DNA of 64,000 nucleotides from Marsupella aquatica (lineage: Eukaryota > Plantae > Marchantiophyta), in contig OZ316893.1 of NCBI GenBank assembly GCA_973895155.1, forward strand, positions 14,104,645 through 14,168,644. Reading direction: 5' to 3'. A program made the translations under genes and the position numbers. Below are positions 23,853-37,151 of the stretch, piece after piece; within the stretch, counting starts at the first letter, position 1, and the number at the start of each line of letters is the position of its first letter. Below the pieces are notes generated by a model that had not been told where the DNA came from, made no database searches, and was given only the letters and a program-made list of their open reading frames with translations.

Positions 23853-26800
23853 ATGGTGCAGGAGGAAATAGCGAAGGCAGGTCCTGCTTGGATAAATCAT
23901 GAGGGCGAGACGGTCCGACAAGAGTTCTTGAAAGTGCTGGCGAGAAACAAGAAGCCAGGTAGGACCTCACAATCCTGAATCCAAAATTGATATTATATGA
24001 TCTGCTGAAAACTACGACTCAATGTAACAAGGATTCCAATACAGCAACAGTGATTTTAATCAAACGTCCATTCGCTCCACTGTAGTATCTATTGCTGTTG
24101 CCAAAAATTTGTACCGTAGGCTGAAAATGATCGAGTGATTCTTTCGATTTCAGTTCCACTTCAAACAACTCGAGGACAGCGTCGGGAGGTGATTTTTCCT
24201 CAACAGGAGTCGTTGTTGTTTCCACTTGTACGTACCAGCATCACCTTTCGTTACAATTGTACGATGGGCATTCATAATGGTTGAATTAGATGTCGTTGGA
24301 ACTCATTCATATGCAGTCTCATGTCAAGAAATTCAGTTACAATTCTGGATTAACGTATCTCCCTCTTCCGATTTGCAATGTCGTTTGTGTGGCCAGACAA
24401 TTCACTCATGTCCGAAAGGGGAAGTTGCTGATTCTGAATTACATTTGGAAGAGGAGAATTTCTTCCTGACGACCGAGGTAACGAATGCGTATCCGTCGTG
24501 GGATTCAGAACAGAATGAAGCGATTCTGAATTTCAATGACATGCGGATCTCGTGCTAGCTTACTCAATCTATTCACGGTAGACAAACTTATTCTAACTTT
24601 TCAGAATGTTGAGAAGTCATAAGATAAGTTAGACACGATGATTGAGCAGAGTAGACTATTATGAAAACTTAGAGCATCCGCACCGGCGCCCTGCACCGGG
24701 CCCGATGCCTGTAAAACATCGGTTTGGGGGACCGGCCAGAAAAAAGCGAAAAAAGCGCTTTGCAGCGATGATTGGTATCCCTAAAACGTTTCCAGGCCTG
24801 GGAAGGCCTGCAATTTCAATTTTAGCTTCACGACTCTACAGTAGTTTTTCTCTCCAATCTCGGTGGAGGTTCCACTCCTTGAAAGTCGAGCAGCCGGAAC
24901 TGTACGATCAATCCCGATCACTTTATCCTCTGGATTTCTCAATGAGATGACCTTCTGGTGGGGACACCCGCTTTGGTTCTCTCACGGTTTACTGCTGCAA
25001 TTTAAGGAACTGAGAACCAACAGCGGCAATCAAAAGCACCTGACCTCATTTTGAGAGCCCACCGACGGGAGGGATTCTAAATTTAAAGTTGTATGCTCAG
25101 GAAGGTGAACAGGGATGCGTACCGGTCCTGCTTATACGACCACTACGGCAAAATGCTAAGAGACCAGCAGTTCTGTTCCTGCACAGCACAGGTCGACGGA
25201 AGGAGTTTTGGCGGCCGTATATGGAGGTGTAGACTCTTACATAGCTGTCTTCTGAGATCCAAAACTGATTCCATCCCTGGGTAACGAACTCGTCGGTAAT
25301 CCCAGCGTGTTAAATCATTTTACACTAAAATGTGCCATGTCATGTCTGTTTCACAGGCCTTTGCTGCTAGGGGTTATGTAGCTGTAGCTATTGATTCTCG
25401 ATATCATGGAGAGCGAGCAGCCACCGTCGATTCATATAACGAAGTAAGCTCTGCTAATTTTATGCTTTTCCTGAATCTTCAGTTCCGTGTTGCTTCCTCT
25501 TGTGTTGGAAGCTAACAGCCGCCTTTTCGATCTGAATTGACTTAGTCTATAGAAACCATCTCGCCTCACCGATGTAACCCGAGAGCTTTTGGCTCAGAAT
25601 TGAGACATTATGACGAGATCTGCCTTAGAGAGAAGACAAATACTAGGGGACAATTCTGAATGTCCTGAGCTTGCGTTTAGGGAAGGGAAGGAGACAGGAA
25701 CGAATGGAAGTTAGATCACTGATCTTCTCATGGGAGAAAAGGGGATGGAAAATGACTAAGTTATTACATTGTATTCTTGTCATTCAGGCTTTGATTGCAG
25801 CTTGGAGGAAGGGCGACGAGATGCCTTTCATTTTTGATACGGTACAACTTAACTTTCAATCGAAACCTATTTCGAAACAGTAGTGTGATGGGGTACCCCT
25901 TGTGCCTTCTGCAGAATTTTTCATGCTGCTGTAACCCATCCTGCTGCAGAAGGCGAGGTTGTTAAGATATCCAAGCCTTGCCAGATCTGCTGCCAAAAAA
26001 CACCATAGCACAATTTAAGAATGCCGCTTTTGAACTTTATAAGGCTTTATAGCCGGCCGCAAGGGATTTTCCAGATTGTCCTAATCTTCTTAGTTGGCTT
26101 GCAGGTTTGGGATTTGACCAAACTTTTGGACTATCTTTCTGAAAGGCGGGATGTTGATCCAGCACGAATTGGTGCTTTGGGCATTTCTCTGGGTGGTAAA
26201 GTAGCCACAGATCGCATGTTCTGTAAACTTAGGCGGACGAGGTCAATTAGACATCTGCTTCTCTTTTGTGTTGTAGGGGTGTAACATCACTAGATCCTCG
26301 GAAGTTCTGGGTCTCCTAATCATATTAGCGACCAGAGATGTAGATTTTGCCTAGGCAAGAAATGAGCCATGGATATCTACTATTGTTCTTTGACCTATGT
26401 CTAACGGCTGGATCAATCGACTCTTTCTCTTGAAGGAATGCATGCATGGTTTGCAGCAGTCGCTGATCCACGAATTGCTGTAGTTGTCCCGATTATCGGT
26501 GTTCAGGTACCAAAACTACCTCCGAATGATTGAAATGGCATTCTGTGAAGAAAGGAAAACATGCAAAGCAGTCAATATTGAATGTATATCTCACTTGAGA
26601 AACATCTTCCTTGTGTTAATAATTCAAGTTGGTTTTAATACAGAATTTCAGCTGGGCAGTTTTGAATGAGACGTGGCATGCAAGGGTGCATTCTATACCC
26701 CACGCCTTTGAAGGTATGATGTTTGAAACCTGAATTGTCCGTAACCGCCACTTAAGATCTGCGAACATGTGATGTAATCAATACAATAAGGTTTGATTGC

Positions 26801-27845
26801 AATTGATCGGATTTGGTGCGTGCAGTTGCAAAGGAGGATCTCGGGAAACCTACGGTGGATGCTGAAACAGTTACTGCTGTGAGCTTCGGAATACCCTGGT
26901 CCTGTCAAGCTGTACTCTATGCGAAACTGGATTTGAGCTTCATTAACGACGAGAAATTGCATTTTTTGAAGGCATTGCAACTCCTGCTTGTTCCATAATA
27001 GTTTTATCGTCCGAGCAGGTTTGGCAACGAATAGCCCCCGGCTTGATTGATAAATTTGATGCAGAGCACACCATCCGCACAATTGCTCCCAGGCCTCTTC
27101 TAGTTATCAATGGTCAGTATCCCTTTCATTGAGCTCCGATCTTTGAAATAAGCAAAGTTTCGTGCTCCTTTTATGAATCAAAAGGTCTTTATTCTAATTG
27201 CTGATTGTCTTCATTCGTATTTCCGTTACCTTGATTTGCATCTCAAGTGACAGGATCTTCGTCAATTTCATGTTACTCATTAACCTTTGGGGACTAGTTT
27301 CGCAGGTGAGAGGGATCCACGGTGCCCTTTGAAGGGTCTAGAGAAAGTCGTGAAAGAAGTGGCTGACATCTACAAAGCTGCTGGCGTTCACGAACGTTTT
27401 AAGGTAATCTACAGCGCATTGTCCCTCAGTCTTGACTCTACTGAATATCCTATAAAGCTGGGCTTCAGTCCACGGATCCACCTCTTGTCCCCTTCGATCT
27501 ATTGCGAGATGTTTGGTTCACCTCTCGAGTTTTCATAATCCCATTTGCAATACATTCTCTTTCCTCTTGCTCATACGAAGTGGCTCATACGAAGTGTTTG
27601 AGATCCTGTCAACTTGAAAACCTTCATGTGTTTGCTTAAACAGATCGTCATGAAATTACTTTCGTTTCTGACACTCTCAGCTTCCACAGTTCAAGGCAGA
27701 AGAAGGGGTTCATCATGAATTCTGCGAGTCGATGGGTAACGATGCCAGTCTTTGGATGGACCATTTCTTGAAACCAGATAAACCTCTGAGGTACATCCAA
27801 GGCCTTTATCCTGAATTTGAATATCCTCAAGTGGCAGTCAGCTGA
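23853..27845 (+). CDS. Alpha/beta-hydrolase superfamily esterase (YitV/At5g25770-like), about 13 exons
   Basis: Spliced translation: MVQEE...VRQEFLKVL / SCPK..EEENFFLTTE / EGEQG..PAVLFLHSTG / AFAARGYVAVAIDSRYHGER / ALIAAWRKGDEMPFIFDT / VWDLTKLLDYL..DPARIGALGISLG / GMHAWFAA..VVPIIGVQ / ...IAPRPLLVING / ERDPRCP / FKAEEGVHHEF. The nucleophile elbow GISLGG, Asp (DPRCP) and His (GVHH) form the catalytic triad. Exons are bounded by GT-AG. The start ATG and exon 2 limits are approximate. Confidence 0.92.
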
Positions 27846-29879
27846 TTACCTTGAGAATTCCTCAATTTGACGAAATTGCTTTCGAGAACAACCTTCCTGG
27901 ATTTAAGTTTACTCTATTTAAACTGAAAATCTGACCTGGGCGGTTTTTTGAGTTGCACCATTCTTTTTGTTGAGTAAGTGCACTCTAATAGGAGACAATA
28001 CAACTATTTCTCATGATTCCATTATATAGTTCCACCTAATCAACTAGCTATGAAAGCCTCCCACCATAACTATACTCTCTTTCCATTATTTAGTTCCACC
28101 TAAACAACTAACTATGAATGGCTCCCACCATAACTATACTGTCTTTGCATTTTTCAAAGGGCTTGAGCAATTCCACATGTGCATTCTTTACAGACATACC
28201 GTAATCCTTGCAATGTAGTTGTTGTTGGCTGCTTGGACTTTCCCCATCTAGGGTTAGATTCTTATACCCAAAGTGCTAGTTGTTTCAGCGTGCCAGTTCT
28301 AGAGCACTTCTAGAGGGCGTTGTCATCCACTTTGTGAAGTATCAATTTTATCTTATAATGAAAAACATCAATCGAAGCAATGCCTTTTTAGTTTACACTT
28401 CCATCTATTTCCGAAGGCATGTCAGATGGATTCTTTTAAAATGGAAGGTGCACTTTACTTTGAGTACTGTAAGGAACACGCATGTACAATGGAGTAAAGC
28501 TTACACCTTCTTAACCGGAGTATCATAAACCGAGCATGTTGCAAACAAGTAAGCATCCATTTGTGGACCATGCACGTAAGTTAAGTAAGTCATGTTTAAT
28601 TGCAGCAGGGTGTGGACAGATACACAATGGCGGGAGGGTCATAAGGGTGGGGAGGATGGCAAAGTGGAGACCAGCAAAGCAGTTGTGGGGTGATTTTCAA
28701 ATCGAGCACAAATACTTGATTATCAGTCTATTTCAACCTTGCTCATAAATAGATGGTGAGTACCACGATGCTCATTTGCTCACGCCCCCTCCCCATACCT
28801 GTGATCAAGAGTCATTGTCTAGAGACTTTACTATAGATCATAGGCCTTTACCATAGCCTTCCATCTAACCTTATTAGATAGATTAAACCAGGTGAAGACT
28901 AAACCAGGTGAAGACTAAACCAATTGTCTTCGTGGTATGGCCTCTGTGTTTTGCACCACCCAAAATACCCAATGGTGGCTACCGTACCCCAACAAACAAA
29001 GTGCAGATTTTGAACTCCCACAAAATCGACTTCACTTTGTCTAGTCAAGGGGTAGGCTAGCTGGAAAGGGGATGATTCATTGTGTGTAGGAACAAGAAGT
29101 TTGGCCATCACCCTTGTGTATGGGTGAATGATGAGTCATAATACAAACCTTCATAGTCTGTAGAAATAGACAATACAATTTTTTTTTAGACCTATCCATG
29201 CATAGTTTAGGTTAGTGTTACCAAACGATTAGCTCCATGCATCTAGTCTTTGGCCCACAGGCAAGGAGGTGGGTGCCCAGGGTTGTGCAGGAAAACCAAG
29301 GCCCTAGCGTGCAGGAATTGGCGTAAATAAAACATGTAATTTTTATTAGTATTACTATTTAACTCTCCATTAATTCTAATTAGTTGCTAACACCGTTATA
29401 GGTGATGGGTGTTGTACTCCAAGCCGAAAGAGTAGTTTGTAATGTTTCATCCCAAAGAATTTTTTAATAAAAGATACTATATGTGAGGACCTCTGGTTCC
29501 ACACGTTGTGTATTTTACTCCAAGTTTGTGTATGGTGCAGGTTTAGATTGCCCTATTGCATGTCATTGAGATGCTCTGCACTTTGACTTGAGTACTCACT
29601 TAGAATCTAGGAGGAAATCAATGCATATTTATCCAACCAAAGGTCTCATGGGTAGGGTCTTGTTCTATTTACATATTTGTATATCTAGAGCAAATAAACG
29701 TACATGTAATTAATATAATATTGAATGTACCATACCCCAAGCTTTTCCAAATTGAATTGTTCATTCATTGCTATGTTGAATCACTCTTTGCCCAATTTAA
29801 CGTGATGGACAAGTTGATGCCTTGCCAGGCACATAAAACTGTCAAATGACGGCCCGATAGATAATGTATATTCGTTATG

Positions 29880-30300
29880 ATTCCCCCAACTCCCCCTCCC
29901 GACCCGGACCGGCTTTCCCAACCAGGCCCTCCCTGCCCCCCGGCCCGGCTCTCCCTCCCCGACCCTGGCGGCCCGGCTCAGCTCTCCCCCCCTAGACCCT
30001 CCCAACCTGGCCCGGCACTCCCCACCCTACCCTCCCAGCCCAGCTCTCTCCCCCCACCCTTGCAGACCAGCTAGGTTCTGCTCTCCCCGGCCCGGCTCTC
30101 CCCACCCAAAACCTGGCCCTACCCCCAAAACCTCCCGGCCCGGTCTTCCCCATCCCGGCCCGGTCTTCCCCAACCCGCCCCGACCAAACCTGGCCCAGCC
30201 CCGCCCAAACCCGATCCCCTCCCAAACCCGCCCGGGTTGAACCTGTCACCTGGACCCGACCCCAACTCTGGGAGACCAGGCGGCCGGGATGACGACTTGA
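29880..30300. repeat. C-rich CCCGGCCCGG/CCCGACC low-complexity array, probably transposon-internal
   Basis: Strong strand asymmetry with recurring CCCGRCCC motifs. Bracketed by a short inverted pair GCCTTGCCAGGCA (29819) and TGCCAGGCAAGGC (30321-30333). Confidence 0.6.
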
Positions 30301-32387
30301 CAGGGTTTAGACCCCCAACATGCCAGGCAAGGCCAAACCCGGACTCTTTGTTTGTACAGCATATACTTAAGTGGTTGGATGTTGAGTTACCTGTTTTTTA
30401 TGTCTCAGCCAATCTCCTGACAGCTGTGAGCATCTAATGGAATCCCACAACCACGAGCCTTATTTGTGATGTCACCCAAGTTCAAATTTGTTGGAGTTCT
30501 CACACAGCTGGAGGGACACAAATGGAGCGGCTAAGACTGGGCCCTTTATGGTAGATGGCCTTCCGCCACATGTTTTGCTGTGAGTTTATGTTACAATGCA
30601 ATAAGAATGGTTTTAGTTAGGTGACAGTCACAATTGAGCCACATCACTCTCCCTACTTTCACAACTACACGTTTCCCTTCCCATGCATAGTATGAACTTG
30701 TACTAGGCCACAAGATAAACACACATTTGGTTGCAAACGTAAAGCTTGGTATGTTTGTTGTGGATTATGTGCATAAAGTTGTGTGCAACTTGTACCTTGG
30801 AGTTCTGGCAGTACATTAATCCCTTGTGTAGCCTGGATGGTGATTTCCTGTTTTATTTTTGCAAGACTTCACCCTGTGTCTCAAGCCTATTTCCTGTTTT
30901 ATTTTTGCAAGACTTCACCCTGTGTCTCAAGCCTACAAAAGCATTGCTGCTTGTGTTGTATGAATAAATACACCTTCACGCTGGCGCCCTTGTGAGTTTC
31001 TATCCCTGGATACTACTTTAAATAATCCTGGATTCATGGTAGTCACACTTCAGGTGGCTGACCCTGACTCCTCATTTCTGGCCCAAGGGTAGTGAAGGGT
31101 TCCTTTGTGCCCAGCTGCTGCAGCATATTCAATAGCTTGTTTTTCCTCTCTTTTCCCCTTGTGTTTTGTTCTGTTTGTGCCCCACTGGTTTTCATCTCCT
31201 CAACTTTTGAAGACATTTGGTGCTTTGTTGCCTTAACTTAGAGCATTCCACCAGTTCCACTCTGCAACAACTATCTGGACAATTTATGAGGTCACATGCA
31301 GGCCTGAATTGTCAGGTTGCATCCGTGCCAGGTCTTGAAGTGCTCCAATATAGACAGGAGTGTCCAAAGTAAGACACATTTGATTATGTGGCCCCATGAG
31401 AGCCCTATATTATAGGATGGTAGGACTCGGAAAATACATTAGTTGGCAATCTGGACTCGAATGGTCCTCTGGGTATTGGTTTTGGCAGTATCTGAATATA
31501 GTTACGCTGATGGCATCACCATTGCAAACAAAAATCAAAATTAAGTTGATAAAATTTGACTAGGCCCACTTTGGAAAGTAGTACGCATGAAGAAATTTAA
31601 AAATGACTTCCAAAATATTGAGATTGGCTACGTTGCCACTCTTCTTTGTTAAAATGCATACTTTGCCACTGTTTTAGTCGAATTATTTTTTGGCCATTTT
31701 ATTGCTGTTAGATAAGCAAAGTAACTGGAGTTAACTTAAAACAATCCAACTGCCAACATCTGGCCAGTTTCACCATCATATGGTCATGTATGTCCTCTAT
31801 CCTAATCATAACAAGCTTTGAAACCCTTGACATTGAGCTCTTCGCCACTCCCCATCCCCCTGTCAAGGATGGGTTAGAGTTACTTTAGTTAATCAACGGT
31901 GGAAAAGGTGAAAACTTACTAATTAAACTAAAATATGGCAATACATGTAAGTGGATTAAACAGAATACCTCCTAACTAAACTATGAAAAAATGGCAAAGT
32001 ATGTAATTAGAACACCCCCCCAATAAATAAATAAATAATGACAATGTGGTTTGAGAATTATGCCTACTATGAAAAGTGACAAATAAAAATTAAAATATGA
32101 CAAAGTATGCATTTGGATATCTTTTTTTGGTTTCTTGTTTTTTTTTTTGGTCTTGAAAGTAAATGAGGAAGAACGCTTAATTAGACTCTTCCCACCCCAG
32201 TACTGACAGATTTTCTTTGTACCGAACCTATTTCAGAGTGAGCCCCACGGATCCGACTGGGATCCTCATCAGGAGGGAGAAAGGGTCATGAAGTGGGCAA
32301 TAAGGGGTTGAGGAGATAATTAGAATCACATCCACTACTCACAGAACCCATCTCTCCGACCCACACACATCTATCCTCCACACCAGT

Positions 32388-32439
32388 GTGTGGAGAGGGG
32401 GATTGCACCTGAGACCTTTCAGTTTCTATATATATTAAG

Positions 32440-32479
<40 letters not shown>

Positions 32480-32743
32480 GGAACAAAAACTACTAACCTT
32501 AAGACATGATCCTGAGGACCAAAAACCCAATAAGGGGAAAACAAAAGAAAAATATGGGAAACAGCAATAAAGGGGTGTGGAGGGGGGATTGCACCTGAGA
32601 CCTTTCAGTTTCTATATACATTAAGTTTCAATATATATATTATAAAGGAACAAAAACTACTAACCTTAAGACATGATCCTGAAGACCAAAAACCCAATAA
32701 GGGGAAAACAAAACAAAAATATGGGAAACCGCAATAAAGGGGG
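32388..32743. repeat. ~170-187 bp tandem duplication containing an (AT)n microsatellite
   Basis: GTGTGGAG.GGGGATTGCACCTGAGACCTTTCAG...GGAACAAAAACTACTAACC...GCAATAAAGGGG occurs twice. The (AT)n tract is long in copy 1 and short in copy 2. Confidence 0.88.
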
Positions 32744-34493
32744 AAAATTTGACTGAGAAATAACAATGTTCCGTATGCCAAAACTTCATTTTAGGGCTAC
32801 GACGTGAGTCACGAAGACGAATTTTTGTAGAGGTGCGGTGGTACCACGCCAATTGTTCACGCACCATTTTGCTTTTGATTCTTCCACCGACGTGATTTTG
32901 ATTTTGTCTAGAGTGAAGGAGTGTATTCCTCCGTTTCTCTATCTCTCTCGCGCGTTGAAATTGAGGCAAAGTATCCAGGAATCCGTTTTCTCCATTGAAA
33001 CTCAACTTGATTGGCTTAATTCCATTGAGAAGACGTTCCGGGATTCTGGACGAGTTTGCGAATTCTGCAGCAGCAATTTATTGCCGCTTGTCAGATCGGT
33101 TGCAGATAGTTTGGCGGGATCGGGATGTTACTTTGGCGCCTTCTACGAGGGCCGTGACGGCACTGTTACAGTGTTCAAACCTAGAGGCCGGCCCGCGTTT
33201 GAGGGAGGCGAAGATGCAAGAGCAGTCCTACCGTTTTGCGTTATGTATCATATTCTGAGCCTGAATATGTTCGCCGCATCACGAATCGGAGCTGTGAGAG
33301 CTGTGAGAGCTGTTGCATAGAACCCAAGTGACTGAATTTGACCGATTTTTTAATATGGCCAATTTGATCAACAGGGCCCCAGATTTCGTTTGGTCAGTGC
33401 ATCAGTTAGAGAGTGTCGACTGTTGTCGCTTCGGATGAACGACGATTATTGCCTTCGTGGATGTTTCTCAATGTCTTCTTTGATTTAAGAAGTGCAATAA
33501 CTCCTTCCCTTCCGTTCACTGCCGTATCGAAGGGAGGGACCTTTATTTTAATTCGAGGTGACGTGTCTACAGTGTTGGGTTCTTTGTGGCACCGACCCCT
33601 CCCTTCCATTCATTGGTATGTGGATGGGAGAGAGGAGGGGGGGTTACACAAGACCTAATGCTTTGGTCTGTCTAGATAATTTTTTCCTGGGAGATTGAAT
33701 GGGAGATTGAATGGAACAGGGAAAGAGGAAGTGGGGTTGATAGTTGTTGCGCTCAACCTGCCCTTCTTTCCTGAGTCGCAGAGGAGCAGTTATCATCGGC
33801 CGAGGGAAGAGGGGAAGTGAATTCGAAGATGAATGGTGGGAATGGTTTATAAGAGCATGGCCGGTTGTGCGTGGACCAAGGGGAAGATAGAAGACTCCAA
33901 GACCTCAAACTTTGCATGAACTGGATAGCAGACGTTTGTGCTCTCTCGTTTATCTCGAAAGCCAAGCGGATTTGAAGCCCTTGTCGACCTTTGTATCGAC
34001 TGGGAATGCTAGTCTACTTCCGTTTATGCTTTCCATGAGCTGAGCTTCGGATCTCCGGATTTTCTCCGTTGCCTCAGTGTTTTGCAGTTGTCGGAGGTTG
34101 ACCTCTGCGAAAATGTAAGTGATCAAAGGAATTTAGGTCGGACTTTGGCTGTATTTTCTTTTCTGCAAGGTCAGTCGGTATTCTTTCATTTTCTCGCAGA
34201 AATCCTGCCTTGCTTGCATTGGAGCAATGCTCTGTCGGTATTGCTCTATCAGGTTATCTGTGAAAATTTGAGCTGTGTACAGTGTCTACAAATTGCTTTT
34301 AAGAGCCTTTCTAGCATGGCGCTATGTTGCTCACTTGTCTCAGTTGATTACTTCTACAGGCATTGTCTCGAGATCTGAATTGGGGTTCCTCCCTTAGCTG
34401 GTCCGGTGATTGAACTCTTCAGCTTCTTGAAGGTTGGCGAGGTGTGTTAGCGACCTCACCAGCCATTCTTCCACATCGGAAGTTGAGCAAGGT

Positions 34494-37151
34494 ATGATGA
34501 ATCGGTCTATGAGAGCATCGAAACAGATCTTAGAGGACGATGAGGAGGAAGATTGGGGTAGGGATACCGGACTAAAGGTTCGTGCCGCACGTATTCTCGG
34601 TCCCAAAGAGAGTCTCTCTGACAATAATCGTGTGTCCAAGAAGAGGCTTCGGAAGGTCATTGAAATCAGCGATAATAGCCCATCCGTGTTCTCAGCAGTG
34701 GAACCCACGGTCACCACGCGTAGTAAAGCAAATCCCTTTGAAAATTTCGCCTTCGAACAAATCCCCAGGAAGAAGGCTGACCGAGGGTTCTCAATGCGAG
34801 CTCCTCCGCCTGCTGAGACCAAGAGTACTACTGTATCGGGCAAGACTGATCCCCCAAAAATTCCATCTGAAGCTTTTTATGATGGATCAATGTCCTGGCT
34901 AGAATCTATTGTGGTGGGAAAGGAAGATCCTGCTTTGAAAAACAATGAGCCGGCCGTGGTGAAAGGGGACGAGCCTGCCGTGGTAGGGGATGAGGGTAAG
35001 AAGGGGTCACGGAGAAGGAAATTCGCGGTAGCTCTGAGCAGCGATGACGAAGAAGATTTCGAACTGTTGCCCGGGAAACCCCTAGCGTCGAGTTCTGGAA
35101 GAAATGGGCTACGCGCTTCGACTTCAGGAGCAGAGAACGTGGTCATCGACCTCGATGATGATTGTGCTGCTGATGATGAAGCCATTGCTGCAGCCCTCCA
35201 GGAGGAGGAGTTTGTTGAATTAGGTAACGGCCACGAGGAGGAGCCCGAGAGCAATGAGGAGGTGGACCTCATCTACTCTACTCTCGAAAAGTGCGGTCAG
35301 ATTGCAGCAGAGCTTCGGCAGGATCTGCATGGAAGTTCAGTCCTACAAGACCGATATGCCGAGGTGGACCCCGGGAAAGCTAAGCTCGTCACGCAGACAG
35401 ACATTTGTGCTGCGTGTGGTATTTCAAGTGCAAATGGCCAAATCTTGAAACCTTATCAACTTGTGGGAGTCAATTTTATGATGTTATTGAACCGGAAGAA
35501 AGTAGGGGGAGCCATTCTAGCTGATGAGATGGGGCTTGGCAAGACGGTTCAAGCAGTGGCATTCTTGGCTTTGCTGAAGCATTTGGACAATGACCCAGGC
35601 CCTCATTTGATTGTTTGCCCGGCCTCGGTCTTAGAAAATTGGCAGCGAGAGCTCCAAAAGTGGTGCCCTTCATTTAAGGTGGTATTGTTCCATGGCAACG
35701 ACAGAGCGGCTCTGATTCGGGGGTTAAAAGATAATCGAAAGGCTGGAAATTACTTACCATTCAATGTCATGCTGACATGCTACACCCTGTTCGAGAGACG
35801 CAGTGCCCAGCAGAAGGATGATCGAGGATTCCTTCGAAAGTGGAATTGGAGCTGCGTGCTCATGGATGAAGCGCACTTCCTGAAGGATAGGGATAGTTTG
35901 AGGACAACGAGGTTAAGAGAGCTGGCTCATAAGGCAAGACAGCGTGTCATGCTTACTGGAACCCCATTGCAAAATGACCTCCAAGAATTGTGGGCCCTTT
36001 TGGAGTTTCTGCTTCCAGACATATTCAACACTGGCAAAGCAGACTTGACCAAGTTACTTGGGAGTAGGAACACTGCAGCCACCGTCTTCCAGGAGGAGGG
36101 AGATATTATTAATCATATGAAAGCCATTCTAGGCCCATTTGTGCTCCGGCGGTTGAAGAGTGATGTGATGCAGCAGCTGGTGCCCAAAATGCACAAAGTA
36201 GAGTGCATAGCTATGGAGCCTGATCAAGCTTTGGCTTACCAGGAGGCTGTGGTGGACTATAAAAAACTCACCGACGCTGCTCGCGCTGCCAGGAAGGATT
36301 CTGACCCAGCTTCACAGGCAATTGGAGTTCCACGGAAACAAATTCAGAATATCTTTACACAACTACGGAAGATTGCCAATCACCCACTGCTGGTCAGACG
36401 ACTTTACAGTGATCGCGATGTCGAGATTCTCGCCAGGAAGCTTCATGCACGGGAGGTATTTGGAAACCAGTGCACAGAAGAGCGCGTTATAGAGGAACTC
36501 CGAAATTACAACGACTTCACTGTGTATCAATTGTGCATCCAAAATGGGCTCTCTGGTCCAGGATTTGGAGCAAAACTTACTGACGAGCATGTCCTAGGGT
36601 CAGCAAAATGCCAGGTGTTGGCGAGGCTGCTCCCTCAGCTGAAAAAGGATGGTCACCGTCCATTGGTATTCAGCCAATGGACACAAATGTTGGATATTCT
36701 AGAGTGGGCATGTGATGTACTGGGCCTCAGCTATGTACGTCTGGATGGAAGCACCCAGGTGAGAGAGCGCCAGGAGATCGTAGACTGCTTCAACAACGAT
36801 CCGAGTATATTTTTGTTTCTGCTGTCGACCCGAGCTGGAGGCCAAGGTCTTAACCTGGTAGGTGCAGACACCGTTATTATCCATGATGTAGATTTCAATC
36901 CTCAGATGGATAGACAAGCGGAGGACAGGTGCCATCGGATCGGTCAGCAGAAACCAGTCACTGTGTACCGGTTAGTGACGAAGGGAAGTGTGGATGAGAG
37001 TATTTACAACATCGCACAGCGCAAGCTAGTGCTCGATGCAGCAGTTCTAGAATCCGGGGGCACCATGTCCAGGGAAAATGGTGAACCTGATAGCGATGCT
37101 CAGACAATGGAACAAATTCTTTCAACAATTCTTGCTGCCGTACCATCATGA
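34494..37151 (+). CDS. CHR19: SNF2-family ATP-dependent chromatin remodeller, Fun30/SMARCAD1/ETL1 subfamily, single coding exon
   Basis: Uninterrupted 885-codon ORF from the ATG at 34494. Helicase motifs: LKPYQLVGVNF, ILADEMGLGKT, HLIVCPASVLENW, DEAH, MLTGTPLQNDLQELW, FVLRRLKSDV, LRKIANHPLLVR, FSQWTQMLDILE, RLDGST, FLLSTRAGGQGLNL, DFNPQMDRQAEDRCHRIGQ. The NHPLLVR, DFNPQ.DRQAEDRCHR and DRYAEVD signatures are typical of plant CHR19. Confidence 0.95.
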   Translation: MMNRSMRASKQILEDDEEEDWGRDTGLKVRAARILGPKESLSDNNRVSKKRLRKVIEISDNSPSVFSAVEPTVTTRSKANPFENFAFEQIPRKKADRGFSMRAPPPAETKSTTVSGKTDPPKIPSEAFYDGSMSWLESIVVGKEDPALKNNEPAVVKGDEPAVVGDEGKKGSRRRKFAVALSSDDEEDFELLPGKPLASSSGRNGLRASTSGAENVVIDLDDDCAADDEAIAAALQEEEFVELGNGHEEEPESNEEVDLIYSTLEKCGQIAAELRQDLHGSSVLQDRYAEVDPGKAKLVTQTDICAACGISSANGQILKPYQLVGVNFMMLLNRKKVGGAILADEMGLGKTVQAVAFLALLKHLDNDPGPHLIVCPASVLENWQRELQKWCPSFKVVLFHGNDRAALIRGLKDNRKAGNYLPFNVMLTCYTLFERRSAQQKDDRGFLRKWNWSCVLMDEAHFLKDRDSLRTTRLRELAHKARQRVMLTGTPLQNDLQELWALLEFLLPDIFNTGKADLTKLLGSRNTAATVFQEEGDIINHMKAILGPFVLRRLKSDVMQQLVPKMHKVECIAMEPDQALAYQEAVVDYKKLTDAARAARKDSDPASQAIGVPRKQIQNIFTQLRKIANHPLLVRRLYSDRDVEILARKLHAREVFGNQCTEERVIEELRNYNDFTVYQLCIQNGLSGPGFGAKLTDEHVLGSAKCQVLARLLPQLKKDGHRPLVFSQWTQMLDILEWACDVLGLSYVRLDGSTQVRERQEIVDCFNNDPSIFLFLLSTRAGGQGLNLVGADTVIIHDVDFNPQMDRQAEDRCHRIGQQKPVTVYRLVTKGSVDESIYNIAQRKLVLDAAVLESGGTMSRENGEPDSDAQTMEQILSTILAAVPS

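Noticed and set aside
31652-32114. Inverted pair AAATGCATACTTTG(C/T)CA suggesting a MITE
   Set aside because: No convincing TSD or exact termini could be defined, so it is not reported as a feature.
32395-32425. tRNA B-box-like motif on the minus strand (AGGTCTCAGGTGCAATCCC)
   Set aside because: No A-box or cloverleaf can be built. At most it is a SINE-like remnant.
32838-33320. 160-aa ORF upstream of the remodeller
   Set aside because: It has a GTG start and no recognisable motif, and probably lies in promoter/5'-UTR sequence.
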